From positions 1 to 54,777 of IMG/VR virus record IMGVR_UViG_3300031972_003254: 54,777 nt of DNA; one strand, written 5' to 3'. The translations under genes and the position numbers were made by a program. Under the pieces are notes generated by a model. That model made no database searches. It saw only the letters and a list, made by a program, of their open reading frames with translations, and was not told the DNA's origin. Of this stretch, positions 26,362 through 34,633 are shown in pieces (positions within the stretch are counted from its first letter, which is position 1; the number at the start of each line of letters is the position of its first letter). Source of the DNA: a virus (taxonomy: Duplodnaviria > Caudoviricetes).

Positions 26362-27572
26362 GCAACCCCTATTTTCTCTCCGCAGACGTTTTCAGGGCGC
26401 ATACGGTTGCCCGCTCGTCGCAGATCACTGCCGAGTTCAAGCGTGTCGAGAGCGCCTTCGACCAGATCCACGCGGACCTCAACGACTGGTCGACGGCAAG
26501 CTCGACAAGCACGCTGACCGTCGGCACCGGCTTTAAGGCGCTCGTCATCAGCGCGGGCCGGTTCATTCAGGTTGGTCAGGTCCTGACCATCGCGGCAGTG
26601 CTCAACACCGATGCGTTCATGACCGGACGCGTCACCAGCTACGACCACGAGACCGGGGCTGCCGTAGTAAACGTGGCGGAGATCGGCGCTGCGGGTACCC
26701 ACTCGAACTGGACGGTGGCGATTTCCACGCTCGCCACCCTGCCCGGCGACCTCGTGACCGCAACCGGCGCGGTAACGCTCAGCGGCAAGACGATGAATTT
26801 CGGGGCCAACACGTTCCAGATGACGCTGGCGCAGCTCAATGCCGCGATCATCGACAATGACGTGGCAACCCCGGCGGATGTGCTCAGCGCCAAGGGCATC
26901 AAGGCGAGGCAGATGGGCGCGATCACAGCGTCTCTGCTGCTCGTGCGCGCCGAGCATGCGGGGGTATACATCGTTGCCGCCGCATCGGGCATCACGATCA
27001 CGTTCCCGGCCGGCAACGTCAATTCGGGCGGCTTTGCGGTCGGCGAAGGCGTGGCCGTCACGAACAGCAGCGGCGCGGACATCACCCTGGCGTTCCCCGG
27101 GGGTTCCGACACGGTGAGCACGACGCTCAAGGCCGGGCAGAACGCCTTCTACTACTCCGACGGCAACGGCTACTGGCGCGAATCGGGCCGCTCCTCGCGC
27201 ACGTTCCTCGACCAGTCGATGCAACTGAACCCGGCGGGCACCATCCACCCCGAATCCATCGGCTACCGGGGGCTTCCGGCGAACAATCGCACGGCCAACT
27301 ACACGCTGCAGGCGAACGATGCGGGCAAGCTCATCCCCAATACCACGGGCGGCTGGGTCGTTCCGGCCAATGCGTCGGTCGCCTTCCCCATCGGTACGAC
27401 CGTCGTGCTGTTCAACAACAGCGGGTCGGCGCAGTCGCTTTCTGTCCTCAGCGACACGCTGCGCCTCGGCGGCACGACCGACACTGGTCCACGCTCGGTG
27501 GATGCATATGGGCTGGCCACCATCGTCAAGGTCGCCGCAACGGCCTGGGTCGTGACGGGGCACGTCACATGA
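26358..27572 (+). CDS. Tail fibre protein
   Basis: N-terminal anchor MSNPYF...ARSSQITAEFKRVESAFD; YTLQANDAGKLI...FPIGTTVVLFN...TIVKVAATAWVVTG fibre tip. Confidence 0.82.
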   Translation: MSNPYFLSADVFRAHTVARSSQITAEFKRVESAFDQIHADLNDWSTASSTSTLTVGTGFKALVISAGRFIQVGQVLTIAAVLNTDAFMTGRVTSYDHETGAAVVNVAEIGAAGTHSNWTVAISTLATLPGDLVTATGAVTLSGKTMNFGANTFQMTLAQLNAAIIDNDVATPADVLSAKGIKARQMGAITASLLLVRAEHAGVYIVAAASGITITFPAGNVNSGGFAVGEGVAVTNSSGADITLAFPGGSDTVSTTLKAGQNAFYYSDGNGYWRESGRSSRTFLDQSMQLNPAGTIHPESIGYRGLPANNRTANYTLQANDAGKLIPNTTGGWVVPANASVAFPIGTTVVLFNNSGSAQSLSVLSDTLRLGGTTDTGPRSVDAYGLATIVKVAATAWVVTGHVT

Positions 27573-28063
27573 CCGGGGCCGTTGCCATCATGGCCGGAAG
27601 CAGAAGGGCGGGAACGCCGTCCCCGACGCCCACACCCACGCCTACACCGACGCCCACCCCCACGCCGACAGTAACGCTAATCGATCGCTACATCGAGAAT
27701 GCAGGCGGCGGCGCGCGAACTGCCTCAATCGAAGTTCGCGCGACCCGGTTGGTCGTGGAAACCTCGACCGTAATCTCTTCCTACGAGTGGCTTTCGTCGG
27801 ATGGGGTGCCGTCGGCTTATCAGATTCGTGCCACGACCGTGAGCGGAGGAGGGCCAAACGGCATCAGCGGCACGACCGGCTTGTGGCTGAGCCTCGGCAG
27901 CGATCAGGCGTGGTCCGTGACGGCATCCTCTCCGAACCAGTACCGAACGTGGGAACTGATGCTGGAAATCCGTAGCGCCGCCTCGGGCGATGTGCTGGCA
28001 AGCGCCACTGTAACGCTGACTGCCGAGTGGCTTAGCGGCGGCACCGGTGAGATTGAGCCATGA
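27569..28063 (+). CDS. Fibre-associated protein with Pro-Thr linker
   Basis: MTGAVAIMAG, PT repeat linker, then beta-rich domain; ATGA coupled. Confidence 0.72.
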   Translation: MTGAVAIMAGSRRAGTPSPTPTPTPTPTPTPTPTVTLIDRYIENAGGGARTASIEVRATRLVVETSTVISSYEWLSSDGVPSAYQIRATTVSGGGPNGISGTTGLWLSLGSDQAWSVTASSPNQYRTWELMLEIRSAASGDVLASATVTLTAEWLSGGTGEIEP

Positions 28064-28461
28064 AACTCCAGTACCTCGCATCGGCCATGGCGTCGGCGGG
28101 CGCAGGGATCATCGCTCCCGGCGCTCCGGCCATCTCAGGCCAGTTTCTCGAAGCTGCGGGAGTGGTTGTGCCGATGCCCGTCTTCGTCATGGGGCTCGGC
28201 TTCGCCGGGGCTGGCGGCTTCATTGCAATGGCTATGGTGCCGCCCGGCGACCGCTTCGACAAATGGCTGACGATATGCCTTGCGCTGTTCTTCGGCCTCA
28301 TGACCGCCATCGCACACCCGCACGTCATCGTGGCGCGCGACTTGCCGATCCAGCTTGTCATGGGGCTTACCGGCTTCGTTTCGCGCGGAATGGCTGACGT
28401 CCTGCAGAAGGTGGTCGCAAAGCTGGACGTGTCCGCCCTGTGGAAGGGGCTGGGCAAATGA
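28060..28461 (+). CDS. Holin-like membrane protein
   Basis: Several hydrophobic segments, upstream of endolysin. Confidence 0.6.
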   Translation: MKLQYLASAMASAGAGIIAPGAPAISGQFLEAAGVVVPMPVFVMGLGFAGAGGFIAMAMVPPGDRFDKWLTICLALFFGLMTAIAHPHVIVARDLPIQLVMGLTGFVSRGMADVLQKVVAKLDVSALWKGLGK

Positions 28462-28826
28462 TGATCTACCTCAACGTCGTCATCGTGTTCGGCTACGTGG
28501 TGCTCACCGCGATGCTGTTCGATCACGGCACGAAGGCGCGCGAGCCGCTGATCCGCCGGCTCAAGTTCGCCACGCTGGCCGTCGCGTTCATGTGCTTCGG
28601 CATTGGCCGCATGTCCTACACTCCCGGCACTATCGGCCCCGACGAGTGGATCTTCAACATGGGTCACGTCGCGTTCCAGACTTTCGGGGCGGTCTATTTC
28701 TGGACTGGCTACCGGATGGCGCACGGAGAGACGCGCGAGGGTCTGGCCAAGAACGAGCGCCAGAAGGTCAAGGCGCTGGCCTCGCTGGTGAAGCGCGAAC
28801 TTAGTGAAACCGGAGAAAGACGATGA
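28458..28826 (+). CDS. Three-TM membrane protein (lysis cassette)
   Basis: Three hydrophobic segments, charged C-terminus; coupled at both ends. Confidence 0.65.
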   Translation: MMIYLNVVIVFGYVVLTAMLFDHGTKAREPLIRRLKFATLAVAFMCFGIGRMSYTPGTIGPDEWIFNMGHVAFQTFGAVYFWTGYRMAHGETREGLAKNERQKVKALASLVKRELSETGERR

Positions 28827-29467
28827 CCGACCCTCGCACACCCGCCTTCGATGCGGTCGGGGCTATTTGCCCGCCGGGCTTGTGGAACGATCCCGGCAAC
28901 ATCCTCGCATTCCACAACCTGCTCGATGCATTCGGCGCGCAGCGCGCAGGCAAGGATGAAAGCTTCGACGATGCAATCATCGCTCACCTGCGCGCCGAGG
29001 AAGGCGTTCGCCGCAGGGCCTACAAGGATCATCTCGGCTACTGGACTATCGGCGTCGGGCGACTGATCGACAGCCGAAAGAAGGGCCGCATCACTCCCGA
29101 GGAGGATGCGATCCTGATGGCGAACGACCCGTCGCGCAGGGGCAAGCCGTGGCGCGACTACGTCCTGACCGATGCCGAGATCGACATGCTGCTGCGCAAT
29201 GACGTTGCCGAGAAGGTCGCCGCGATCCGCGATTGGCCTGCATGGAAGGCTGTGGGCAGGAACGTGGCCCGGCGTGTCGCGCTGACCTCCATGGCATTCC
29301 AGATGGGCGTAGACGGCCTCGCGGACTTCCGGAACAGCCTGGCGCTGGTTGCGGCGGGCGACTTCGCGGGCGCGGCCGACAACATGCTGAAGAGCCTTTG
29401 GGCGCGCCAGACGCCGGAGCGCGCGAAACGCGTGACCGAGATGATGCGCACGGGAACGCTGCCGTGA
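28823..29467 (+). CDS. Endolysin, T4-lysozyme-like (GH24)
   Basis: EEGVRRRAYKDHLGYWTIGVG (E-X8-D-X5-T), MAFQMG, SLWARQTPERAKR. Confidence 0.92.
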   Translation: MTDPRTPAFDAVGAICPPGLWNDPGNILAFHNLLDAFGAQRAGKDESFDDAIIAHLRAEEGVRRRAYKDHLGYWTIGVGRLIDSRKKGRITPEEDAILMANDPSRRGKPWRDYVLTDAEIDMLLRNDVAEKVAAIRDWPAWKAVGRNVARRVALTSMAFQMGVDGLADFRNSLALVAAGDFAGAADNMLKSLWARQTPERAKRVTEMMRTGTLP

Positions 29468-29739
29468 CCCTGCCTCGCATTCGCGCGCGAACCCTCGCGG
29501 GCGGGGGTATCTTCGCGCTGACCGTGGCGGTGTTCGTCATGATCTTCGTCAAGCCCGAACTCGCGGAAAACGACCTGTTCAAGACGCTGGCGCAGGCCGT
29601 CGTCGTGCAGGGTCTGATCGGTTTGGCGATGGCGTTCTACTTCACCGCGAAGGAACGCGATCCGCACCCCGAGCAGGTGGAAGTCGTCAACGATCAGGAC
29701 GATCCGGTTCCCACCGAGAGCATCGAGGAGGAAGGGTAA
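29464..29739 (+). CDS. Two-TM holin-like protein
   Basis: GTGA coupling; two TM helices, AMAFYF, acidic tail. Confidence 0.65.
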   Translation: MTLPRIRARTLAGGGIFALTVAVFVMIFVKPELAENDLFKTLAQAVVVQGLIGLAMAFYFTAKERDPHPEQVEVVNDQDDPVPTESIEEEG

Positions 29740-29856
29740 TGGGCTTTCCGCACGACAGCAGCCCTGACCGCCTTTGGCGCAACCCGATTGCCGTCGGGCG
29801 GTGCACGTAATCCCGGCCACGGGGCTCAGTGGCAAGTAGATGGAAAGGTTAGATTG

Positions 29857-30159
29857 ATGCCCAAGGATGAAGCACAGATCGAGAAGGAAATTCAGGACAA
29901 GGGCCTCAATGCCCCGCGCCTGAATCCGCAGATGATCGACGAGACTGTCGTTTCGGAGCAGTATCACGTCTTCCCCGGCACGACGATGACTGTTTGCGCG
30001 CTCACCCTGCGCAACGGTTACATCGTGACCGGCGAGAGTGCGGCAGCGAGCCCCGAAAACTTCGACAAGGAGATCGGTCGCAAGATCGCGCGCGACAACG
30101 CACGCAACAAGATTTGGGCGCTGGAGGGGTATCTCCTGCGCGAGAAGCTGGCGGCATGA
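29857..30159 (+). CDS. Phage Gp49/Gp66-family protein
   Basis: KGLNAPRL...TVCALTLRNGYIVTGESAAASPENFDKEIGRKIA...IWALEGYLL. Confidence 0.88.
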   Translation: MPKDEAQIEKEIQDKGLNAPRLNPQMIDETVVSEQYHVFPGTTMTVCALTLRNGYIVTGESAAASPENFDKEIGRKIARDNARNKIWALEGYLLREKLAA

Positions 30160-30220
30160 TCCGCAAATTCAAGTTCGCGGGGGCGGCTTCGGTCGCCCTC
30201 GCCCTTGAGGAAACCGAATA

Positions 30221-30478
30221 ATGACCAACATCGTCAGTCTGGTTCAGCCCAGCAACCCCGACTATTACGACGTGGCGAGCGCCCTGCGCAATATCGCCGA
30301 CAGCATCGAAGCCGGTGAATACGGAGAGGTGCTTTCATGCGGCGTGGTTCTGGCGGGCAATACGCTAGAAGTGTTCGGCGCAGGGCCGGATAGCGAAGCC
30401 CCGATGATGGTCACGCTGTTCAACAGCGCGTCTTTCCGCTTCGTCCGCGACCTTGAGGCATTGGGGAGGGACGAATGA
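30221..30478 (+). CDS. Hypothetical phage protein
   Basis: RBS GAGGA; DVASALRNIADSIEAGEYG motif. Confidence 0.72.
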   Translation: MTNIVSLVQPSNPDYYDVASALRNIADSIEAGEYGEVLSCGVVLAGNTLEVFGAGPDSEAPMMVTLFNSASFRFVRDLEALGRDE

Positions 30479-30885
30479 TCCTCTCCTTCATCCTAGCCCG
30501 CCTGCCCGGTTTCATCCCCGCCAAGTTGCGCGAGCCGGTGGCGTGGGCGTTGCTGGCGCTGGCGGCTCTGGCGCTGCTGGCTGCCCTAGTCTTCACCGTG
30601 GTCAGAATCTTCGACAACGCCGTGGAAGACGGCATCGACGCGGCGAAGGAGGCGGGCTCGAGCACCGCCGTCATCACCGGGAACAAGGTCACGCTCGATC
30701 AGGTAGGAGTCGCCAATGATGCGGGTTATGAAATTCGCCGGGATGCTGGCTTTGCTCGCTACTGCGAGTGCGTGCAATCGGCAACTGACGCCACCTCCGG
30801 CCACTGCGTCCGATACCTCAAGGACCAGCCTGTGCCTGATCGACAGCCCGCTGCGGGTGTCTGTGGCACCGACGGCAAACGCTGA
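30475..30885 (+). CDS. i-spanin (Rz-like)
   Basis: N-terminal TM, periplasmic helix, Cys residues; overlapped by a lipoprotein gene. Confidence 0.72.
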   Translation: MILSFILARLPGFIPAKLREPVAWALLALAALALLAALVFTVVRIFDNAVEDGIDAAKEAGSSTAVITGNKVTLDQVGVANDAGYEIRRDAGFARYCECVQSATDATSGHCVRYLKDQPVPDRQPAAGVCGTDGKR

Positions 30886-30976
30886 CGATCCCGGCAACCG
30901 GTTCGACAGCGACGAGACGGTCGATGCGATCTTCGAGCACAATGCCCGCCACCGGGCGGCCTGCCCCAAGCCGTAG
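30728..30976 (+). CDS. o-spanin (Rz1-like lipoprotein)
   Basis: MKFAGMLALLATASAC lipobox in +1 frame overlapping Rz; HNARHRAAC end. Confidence 0.78.
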   Translation: MKFAGMLALLATASACNRQLTPPPATASDTSRTSLCLIDSPLRVSVAPTANADDPGNRFDSDETVDAIFEHNARHRAACPKP

Positions 30977-31019
30977 CGGAACGACCGCCCGAATACGAAC
31001 AGAACCCGAAACGTGATGT

Positions 31020-31034
31020 TGTCGTAATAGGACA
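31020..31034. promoter_or_regulatory. TGTC-N7-GACA operator-like palindrome upstream of ejection operon
   Basis: TGTCGTAATAGGACA in the 30977-31073 intergenic gap. Confidence 0.65.
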
Positions 31035-31073
31035 TTTCGGATAGGTTCCCCGGCATCTTCGGGGGACTGCACG

Positions 31074-31850
31074 ATGGCCACGTCGACGACATCGACCAAG
31101 ACGGACGACAAGGAAACGGCTACGCAAATCGCGCAGACCGTCTCCGGCGTCACCCCTGCGGGAACGCAGGGCCTCGGCAGCGCGCTTCCCGGAAGCGGCC
31201 AGAACGGCACGTCGGTATCGGACAGGCTTTCGGCGATCACATCAAGCGGGTCGCCAGTGATGAAGCAGGCGGAGGCGGCGGGACTGCGCACCGCCAGTCG
31301 CCGTGGCCTCGGCAATTCGTCGATGGCGGTGCAAGCGGCGCAAGGCTCGGTTCTTTCCGCAGCGACGCCCATCGCGTCCCAGGAAGCGCAGCAGATCGCC
31401 AACGCCGAGCTTGCGGATGCTGACGCGCGGGAGAAGGCGCGGCTGCAGCGGGAATCGCTGGATGCGAATGCGCAGCTTGCCGACAAGGACATCGCGGCGA
31501 AATCGGCGCTGCAGCGTGAATCGCTGGACGCCACTGCGGCCAACACGGCGGCCACCATCGCGGCGGACGAGCGCTCGCGCCTTGCTGCGGCATTGTCGGA
31601 CCTCTCCAGCCAGCGGTTCAACGCCTATTCGCAAACGCTGAACAACGACAAGATCAAGGCGGACGCCCGCGCCTCGGTGCAGAACTCGCTCAACGCGCAG
31701 TACCAGTCGACCGTCAATTATCTGCAGAACCTCTACGGGGTGGCGCTGAACAACACTGCGCCCTCGACCGGCACTCCGGCGGACGGCAGCACGACGCCCT
31801 ACACCTACGCCGAACCTATCTCGGGCCTGGCGACACGGCCCGGCGGATGA
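31074..31850 (+). CDS. Probable internal virion / ejection protein
   Basis: SPVMKQA...RRGLGNSSMAVQAAQ...ATPIASQEA; internal 22-aa repeat (LQRESLDA x2). Confidence 0.7.
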   Translation: MATSTTSTKTDDKETATQIAQTVSGVTPAGTQGLGSALPGSGQNGTSVSDRLSAITSSGSPVMKQAEAAGLRTASRRGLGNSSMAVQAAQGSVLSAATPIASQEAQQIANAELADADAREKARLQRESLDANAQLADKDIAAKSALQRESLDATAANTAATIAADERSRLAAALSDLSSQRFNAYSQTLNNDKIKADARASVQNSLNAQYQSTVNYLQNLYGVALNNTAPSTGTPADGSTTPYTYAEPISGLATRPGG

Positions 31851-32353
31851 ACATCCGCCCCGCCCGCTCTTTCGATGCCCTCGCGATCGTGGACATCATG
31901 TGCGCCCGGCTGCCGGATTCGCGCTACGCTCACGTCGCCGAGATCGACGTGCAGCTTGCCCGCCGGATTTTCGCGCAGGCTGCGCAGCGCCACGGCGGGA
32001 CCAACGACGGCGCGATGTTCCTCATGGTCGCCGTCGACGAAACCGACGCGGTCGAGGCGTTCATTCTCGGGAGCATCGGCAGGCTCTACGGGATCTGCAA
32101 GGAACTCGTCGCGTCCGATGACCTGCTGCTGGGCCGTGAGGACTGCAACCCGCGCGCCCTCGTCCCCCTGTTCCGCAGCTACATCGCGTGGGCGGAGGCG
32201 AACCCGCGCGTGATCGAGATCGGCGCAAGCTGGTCGGACACCATTCCCGGAAACGAAGGCATCACCGCTCTTTTCGAGCGAAGCGGCTTCGCCCTGTGCG
32301 GGAAAGTCTATCGGCGCGACGCTGGCGCCAGCGCGGAGGACGTCGCAGCATGA
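31847..32353 (+). CDS. GNAT-like protein of the ejection module
   Basis: MNIRPARSFD, YIAWAE, ALFERSGF; typical position before podoviral ejection genes. Confidence 0.72.
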   Translation: MNIRPARSFDALAIVDIMCARLPDSRYAHVAEIDVQLARRIFAQAAQRHGGTNDGAMFLMVAVDETDAVEAFILGSIGRLYGICKELVASDDLLLGREDCNPRALVPLFRSYIAWAEANPRVIEIGASWSDTIPGNEGITALFERSGFALCGKVYRRDAGASAEDVAA

Positions 32354-33237
32354 GCAGTCCATTCAAATCATTGAAAAAAGTGTTTCGCAAAGTCGCGAAG
32401 ACGGTCAAGAAGATCGCCCTTCCGGCCCTCGCCATCGGGGCGGTCGTGCTCACCGGCGGCGCTGCGCTGGGCGTGCTGCCCTCCTTGGGCGCGCTTGCGG
32501 GCCAATTGGGTGCGACAGCCGGATTGCAGGCTGTCTTGAGTACGGCCGCCCAGGCGGCAACCTTCGGGGCGGTGGGCTCCCTCGTCATGGGGGGCGACCC
32601 GATCAAGGGCGCAACGATGGGGTTCGTCACGGGCGGCGTGCTGGGCGGGCTGGGTGCGGCGCTGGGCGGTACCGGCGCGGCTGCCAGCACGGCGGCGCAA
32701 GGCGCGTCTACTGCGGCCACCCCTGCCGCAAGCACGGCTGCCAGCGTGCTTCCGCCGGTGCCGGAAGGGGCGGGCTTCGCCGAGGCGTTCGCTCCGCTTG
32801 CCAATGCCGGACCGGCTACCGGCGGACTTGGCACGGCGATGATGGGTGCGTCGCCGTCTGCCGCTGCGGCACCGGCTGCAATGGCAGCCACCACCGGGGG
32901 GGCATTGCCTCTTGTTGCCGGCGACACAGCCGGTGCAGCCAAGGCCGGGAACGGCGGGTTTCTCGGTTGGCTGAATGCGAACCCGACAATCGGCGGCATG
33001 ATGGTTCAGGGGCTCGGTGCCGGCATCATGGCCTCACAGCAAGCGAAAGAGGAGCGTCGCGCCCGGGAGGCGGTGGCTGCAAGCTACGACGGGATCGGCG
33101 ACAGCCTGTTCTACCTGCCCGCGAGCAACGGCGGACCGGCGCTGCCCGACGCTGGCGCGACCTACAACCGGCGCGTCTACGGCAACCTTGCGATCGATCC
33201 GAAAGCGGGTCGCCTCGTGAACGCAGGAGGAGGCTGA
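32350..33237 (+). CDS. Gly/Ala-rich membrane-inserting ejection protein
   Basis: FKSLKKVFRKVAKTVKKI basic N-terminus, glycine-zipper hydrophobic segments. Confidence 0.75.
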   Translation: MSSPFKSLKKVFRKVAKTVKKIALPALAIGAVVLTGGAALGVLPSLGALAGQLGATAGLQAVLSTAAQAATFGAVGSLVMGGDPIKGATMGFVTGGVLGGLGAALGGTGAAASTAAQGASTAATPAASTAASVLPPVPEGAGFAEAFAPLANAGPATGGLGTAMMGASPSAAAAPAAMAATTGGALPLVAGDTAGAAKAGNGGFLGWLNANPTIGGMMVQGLGAGIMASQQAKEERRAREAVAASYDGIGDSLFYLPASNGGPALPDAGATYNRRVYGNLAIDPKAGRLVNAGGG

Positions 33238-33238
33238 C

Positions 33239-33889
33239 ATGGCCGGTCTCGGAACTCCGGGGCAGGCTCCTGCCGCTCCACAAGAACAGCCCATGGAAGA
33301 CGGCCAGAGCGCGTCGCCGGAAGAACAGGCCGCTTACGAGCAGTTCGTCGGCGCGGCGATGGACATCATCTACCCCAAGGGGGAGAGCGGGCAGGTCTCG
33401 CCGCAGATCGTCGACGACCTCAAGGGCAACATCGACCCCGAAGCGCGCAAGCTGTTCGAGGCAGCCGAGCCGCCGCTGAGCGGAGCGCCGCAGGACAACA
33501 CCGCCGCAGTCACCGTCGTGCTCGTGCTGCTTGTCGACAGCCAGCTTGGGTTTCTCGCGAAGGCGCGCGAGGCGGCTGCCTCTGGCGGCCCTGCCATCGA
33601 GTACGACACCGTCGTCTTCCATGCCGCGCAAGCGATTGCCGAGGATCTTGTGGAGGTGGCCGAAGCGGCCGGCATCCACGAGTTCAGCGAGGACGACCTT
33701 GCCGGTGTGTGGGCGCGCGCAATGGACCTCTACCGCGTCGCATCCGAAACGATGGGAGCGCCTGGGTACGACAAGGAGGGGCTGAGCAACGCGTTCCTCG
33801 ACCTGCTCGAGGCGGACAAGACCGGGAACCTCGGCTCGATCCTTCCCGGCCTGCCTGGCGGTGCGCCTATGAACCGGCAGGCGGGCTGA
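33239..33889 (+). CDS. Acidic protein of ejection module
   Basis: RBS GGAGGAGG; ASPEEQAAYEQFV. Confidence 0.72.
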   Translation: MAGLGTPGQAPAAPQEQPMEDGQSASPEEQAAYEQFVGAAMDIIYPKGESGQVSPQIVDDLKGNIDPEARKLFEAAEPPLSGAPQDNTAAVTVVLVLLVDSQLGFLAKAREAAASGGPAIEYDTVVFHAAQAIAEDLVEVAEAAGIHEFSEDDLAGVWARAMDLYRVASETMGAPGYDKEGLSNAFLDLLEADKTGNLGSILPGLPGGAPMNRQAG

Positions 33890-33890
33890 C

Positions 33891-34631
33891 ATGGCAGGGC
33901 TCGGTTACGTCCTCGGCGGGTTCCTCGAAGGCGCAGGCAAGGGCCTTGCCATGCAGGGACAGGAGCGCGCCGCGCAGGCTGCTGCCGATCTTGAGAGCCG
34001 CCGCCGGATTGCGCTGGAGAACCTTCGCGCCGAGAACAACAGCGCCAACAGCCGACTGCAGGCCGATCTCAACGACCGTAATGACGCGCGTGCGACCGCG
34101 CGGAAGACCGACGCGACCATTGTCACGGACAGCGCCCGAACCGAGAACGACATCCGTCTCGAAGGCGTTCGCTCTTCCAACCAGGCCGCTAACCAGCAGG
34201 CGCTGGCCCGGCTGCAGTCCTCACTCAACCTGACCGAGTACGAGAAGAAGGCTGCGCTCGATCTCAAGAGCGAACTGGACAAGGAGGGCAGGACCGCAGC
34301 CCGGTTCGAGGTCACTGCCGATGGCCGCATGGTCGCCTATTCAGGCACCGGGCAGGTCCTGCGGGCCTCGCCTCCCGGCACGTTCACGCCGCCGGGAAGC
34401 AAGGACGGCGGGAGCATCATCGAGCAGGCCCGCGCCGCGCAATCGACACCGGCGCCAGCGCCTTCACCGGCACCGACAAAACCCGCCCCCGCGCAGACCC
34501 CGAAGGGGGCAGGCGCGGCGCAGACCTACACGCTCGCTGATGCGCAGGCGACCGCCCGCAAGCACGGCGTGTCGGTCGAGGAAGTCCACAAGCGCATGCG
34601 TGCTGCGGGCTGGAAACTCTCAACGGAGTAG
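33891..34631 (+). CDS. Probable ejection protein
   Basis: GGFLEGAGKGL N-terminus, coiled coil, Pro linker, small C-terminal domain. Confidence 0.75.
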   Translation: MAGLGYVLGGFLEGAGKGLAMQGQERAAQAAADLESRRRIALENLRAENNSANSRLQADLNDRNDARATARKTDATIVTDSARTENDIRLEGVRSSNQAANQQALARLQSSLNLTEYEKKAALDLKSELDKEGRTAARFEVTADGRMVAYSGTGQVLRASPPGTFTPPGSKDGGSIIEQARAAQSTPAPAPSPAPTKPAPAQTPKGAGAAQTYTLADAQATARKHGVSVEEVHKRMRAAGWKLSTE

Positions 34632-34633
34632 CA

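Noticed and set aside
30991-31011. Alphaproteobacterial LexA box (GAAC-N7-GAAC)
   Set aside because: Only one-mismatch versions (GAAT-N7-GAAC, GAAC-N7-GAAA); too weak to call
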